The notes below the pieces were generated by a model. It had not been told where the DNA came from and made no database searches. It was given only the letters and a program-made list of their open reading frames with translations. Of a stretch of DNA of 64,000 bases, positions 63,195 through 64,000 are shown in pieces. Each line of letters starts with the position of its first letter. Position 1 is the stretch's first letter. The translations under genes were made by a program, and so were the position numbers. This DNA comes from Botryllus schlosseri (taxonomy: Eukaryota), in assembly GCA_051294905.1 (NCBI GenBank), contig CM119379.1, positions 26,908,001 to 26,972,000 on the forward strand. Direction: 5' to 3'.

Positions 63195-63582
63195 TTTTGT
63201 ATCTACAGAACTTCAACTTGCAGTTGAATAGTGTATATTTATATTGAAATAAATCCGAATAGTTTCGCCTCACAACAGACTTGTACAAACTAAAAATTTA
63301 TTTAGTTGATGGTCAACTAGTTCTAGTTCTAGTTGAAGAGTTTGAAAATTGGGTAGTTCTAGTTTTAGTTCTAGTTGCGGATTCTGAAAATCGGGTAGTT
63401 CTAGTTCTAGTTCTGGTTGCGAGTTTTAAAAATTGAGTAGTTCTAGTTTTAGTTGTAGTTGCGATTTTTGAAAATCCAGTAGTTTGTACAAGTCGCCTCA
63501 CACTCGTCAGGGGTAATCGTCATCAACTAGTAGACAATTCAAAATAACATTGTATTTCAACAATATGAATATACCATTCAAT
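63195..63582. mobile_element. Hammerhead-repeat foldback remnant, disrupted in loop II by a hAT MITE
   Basis: atattgaaataaatccgaatagtttcg[MITE]ctcgtcaggggtaatcgtc; partial opposite arm at 63561-63582. Confidence 0.65.
63276..63495. mobile_element. hAT MITE with internal ~42-bp tandem repeat
   Basis: TIR cagacttgtacaaacta / tagtttgtacaagtcg; TSD cctcacaa/cctcacac; ~4 units of gtagttctagttctagttg. Confidence 0.85.
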
Positions 63583-64000
63583 AGTAAATATATTCATTAT
63601 AATCCTTTTTGTTTTGTGTGAAAATCATGTTTCAATGGTATTGTTCATTAAACACGTTGGTTGATGCACAGTTCATTCTGTGCACCAGTATTCCTCAGAT
63701 GTGTAATGAGGTAGATTTTTGTTTTTGTGACAAGGCAAAAATTGGGAGTTCGCCCATAGCTTGTAGGTTAGTGCGAGGTTCGCCAAGTTAGCAAAGGTTA
63801 AAATACCACTGATCTACAAACTATGTAAGCCTACCTCGATTTTCAGTAACGTGACGACATTGGATTAGAGAAAGGGGTCGCCAAGTTAGTAGGCTACAGG
63901 TTCACAAACACTGATGACGTGACAAAACATTTGTCGCAACTTCCTGGGTGGCGAGTGTGCGGTGGAAATAGAATTTCGGCGCCGCGAATCAGTCTCATGT

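Larger units (their letters stand above)
63050..63811. mobile_element. hAT MITE containing a hammerhead repeat that itself contains another MITE
   Basis: caggggttctttacc ... ggttaaaataccactg; homologous to 61961-62275 outside the nested inserts. Confidence 0.7.

Noticed and set aside
63313-63501. ORF with repeated TRTRT
   Set aside because: Translation of the MITE's internal minisatellite

Overview
AT-rich eukaryotic genomic DNA from an invertebrate deuterostome, plausibly an ascidian (inference from gene sequences, splice signals and repeat content). Two spliced genes lie on the minus strand. (1) A complete four-exon COUP-TF/NR2F nuclear receptor (CDS 36252-24635, 467 aa). (2) The 5' part of a RERG/RERGL/RASL11-12-type small GTPase with an unusual ~218-aa N-terminal extension (exons 9506-902, continuing off the left edge). 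The 27 kb upstream of COUP-TF contains no recognisable gene. Non-coding DNA is dense with hAT MITEs (many with perfect 8-bp TSDs), hAT transposase relics, a tRNA-derived SINE, a 5'-truncated L1/Tx1-type LINE and several nested insertions. The most interesting signal is a dispersed ~170-190 bp repeat, in two subfamilies, that carries a minimal type I hammerhead ribozyme with a palindromic helix III and a conserved loop II/5'-flank complementarity (possible pseudoknot). Copies often occur as head-to-head inverted pairs, resembling Penelope-like pLTRs or retrozymes. The only copy with an intact core lies in sense orientation inside an intron of the GTPase gene. All alignments and folds were done by eye; no database searches were run.
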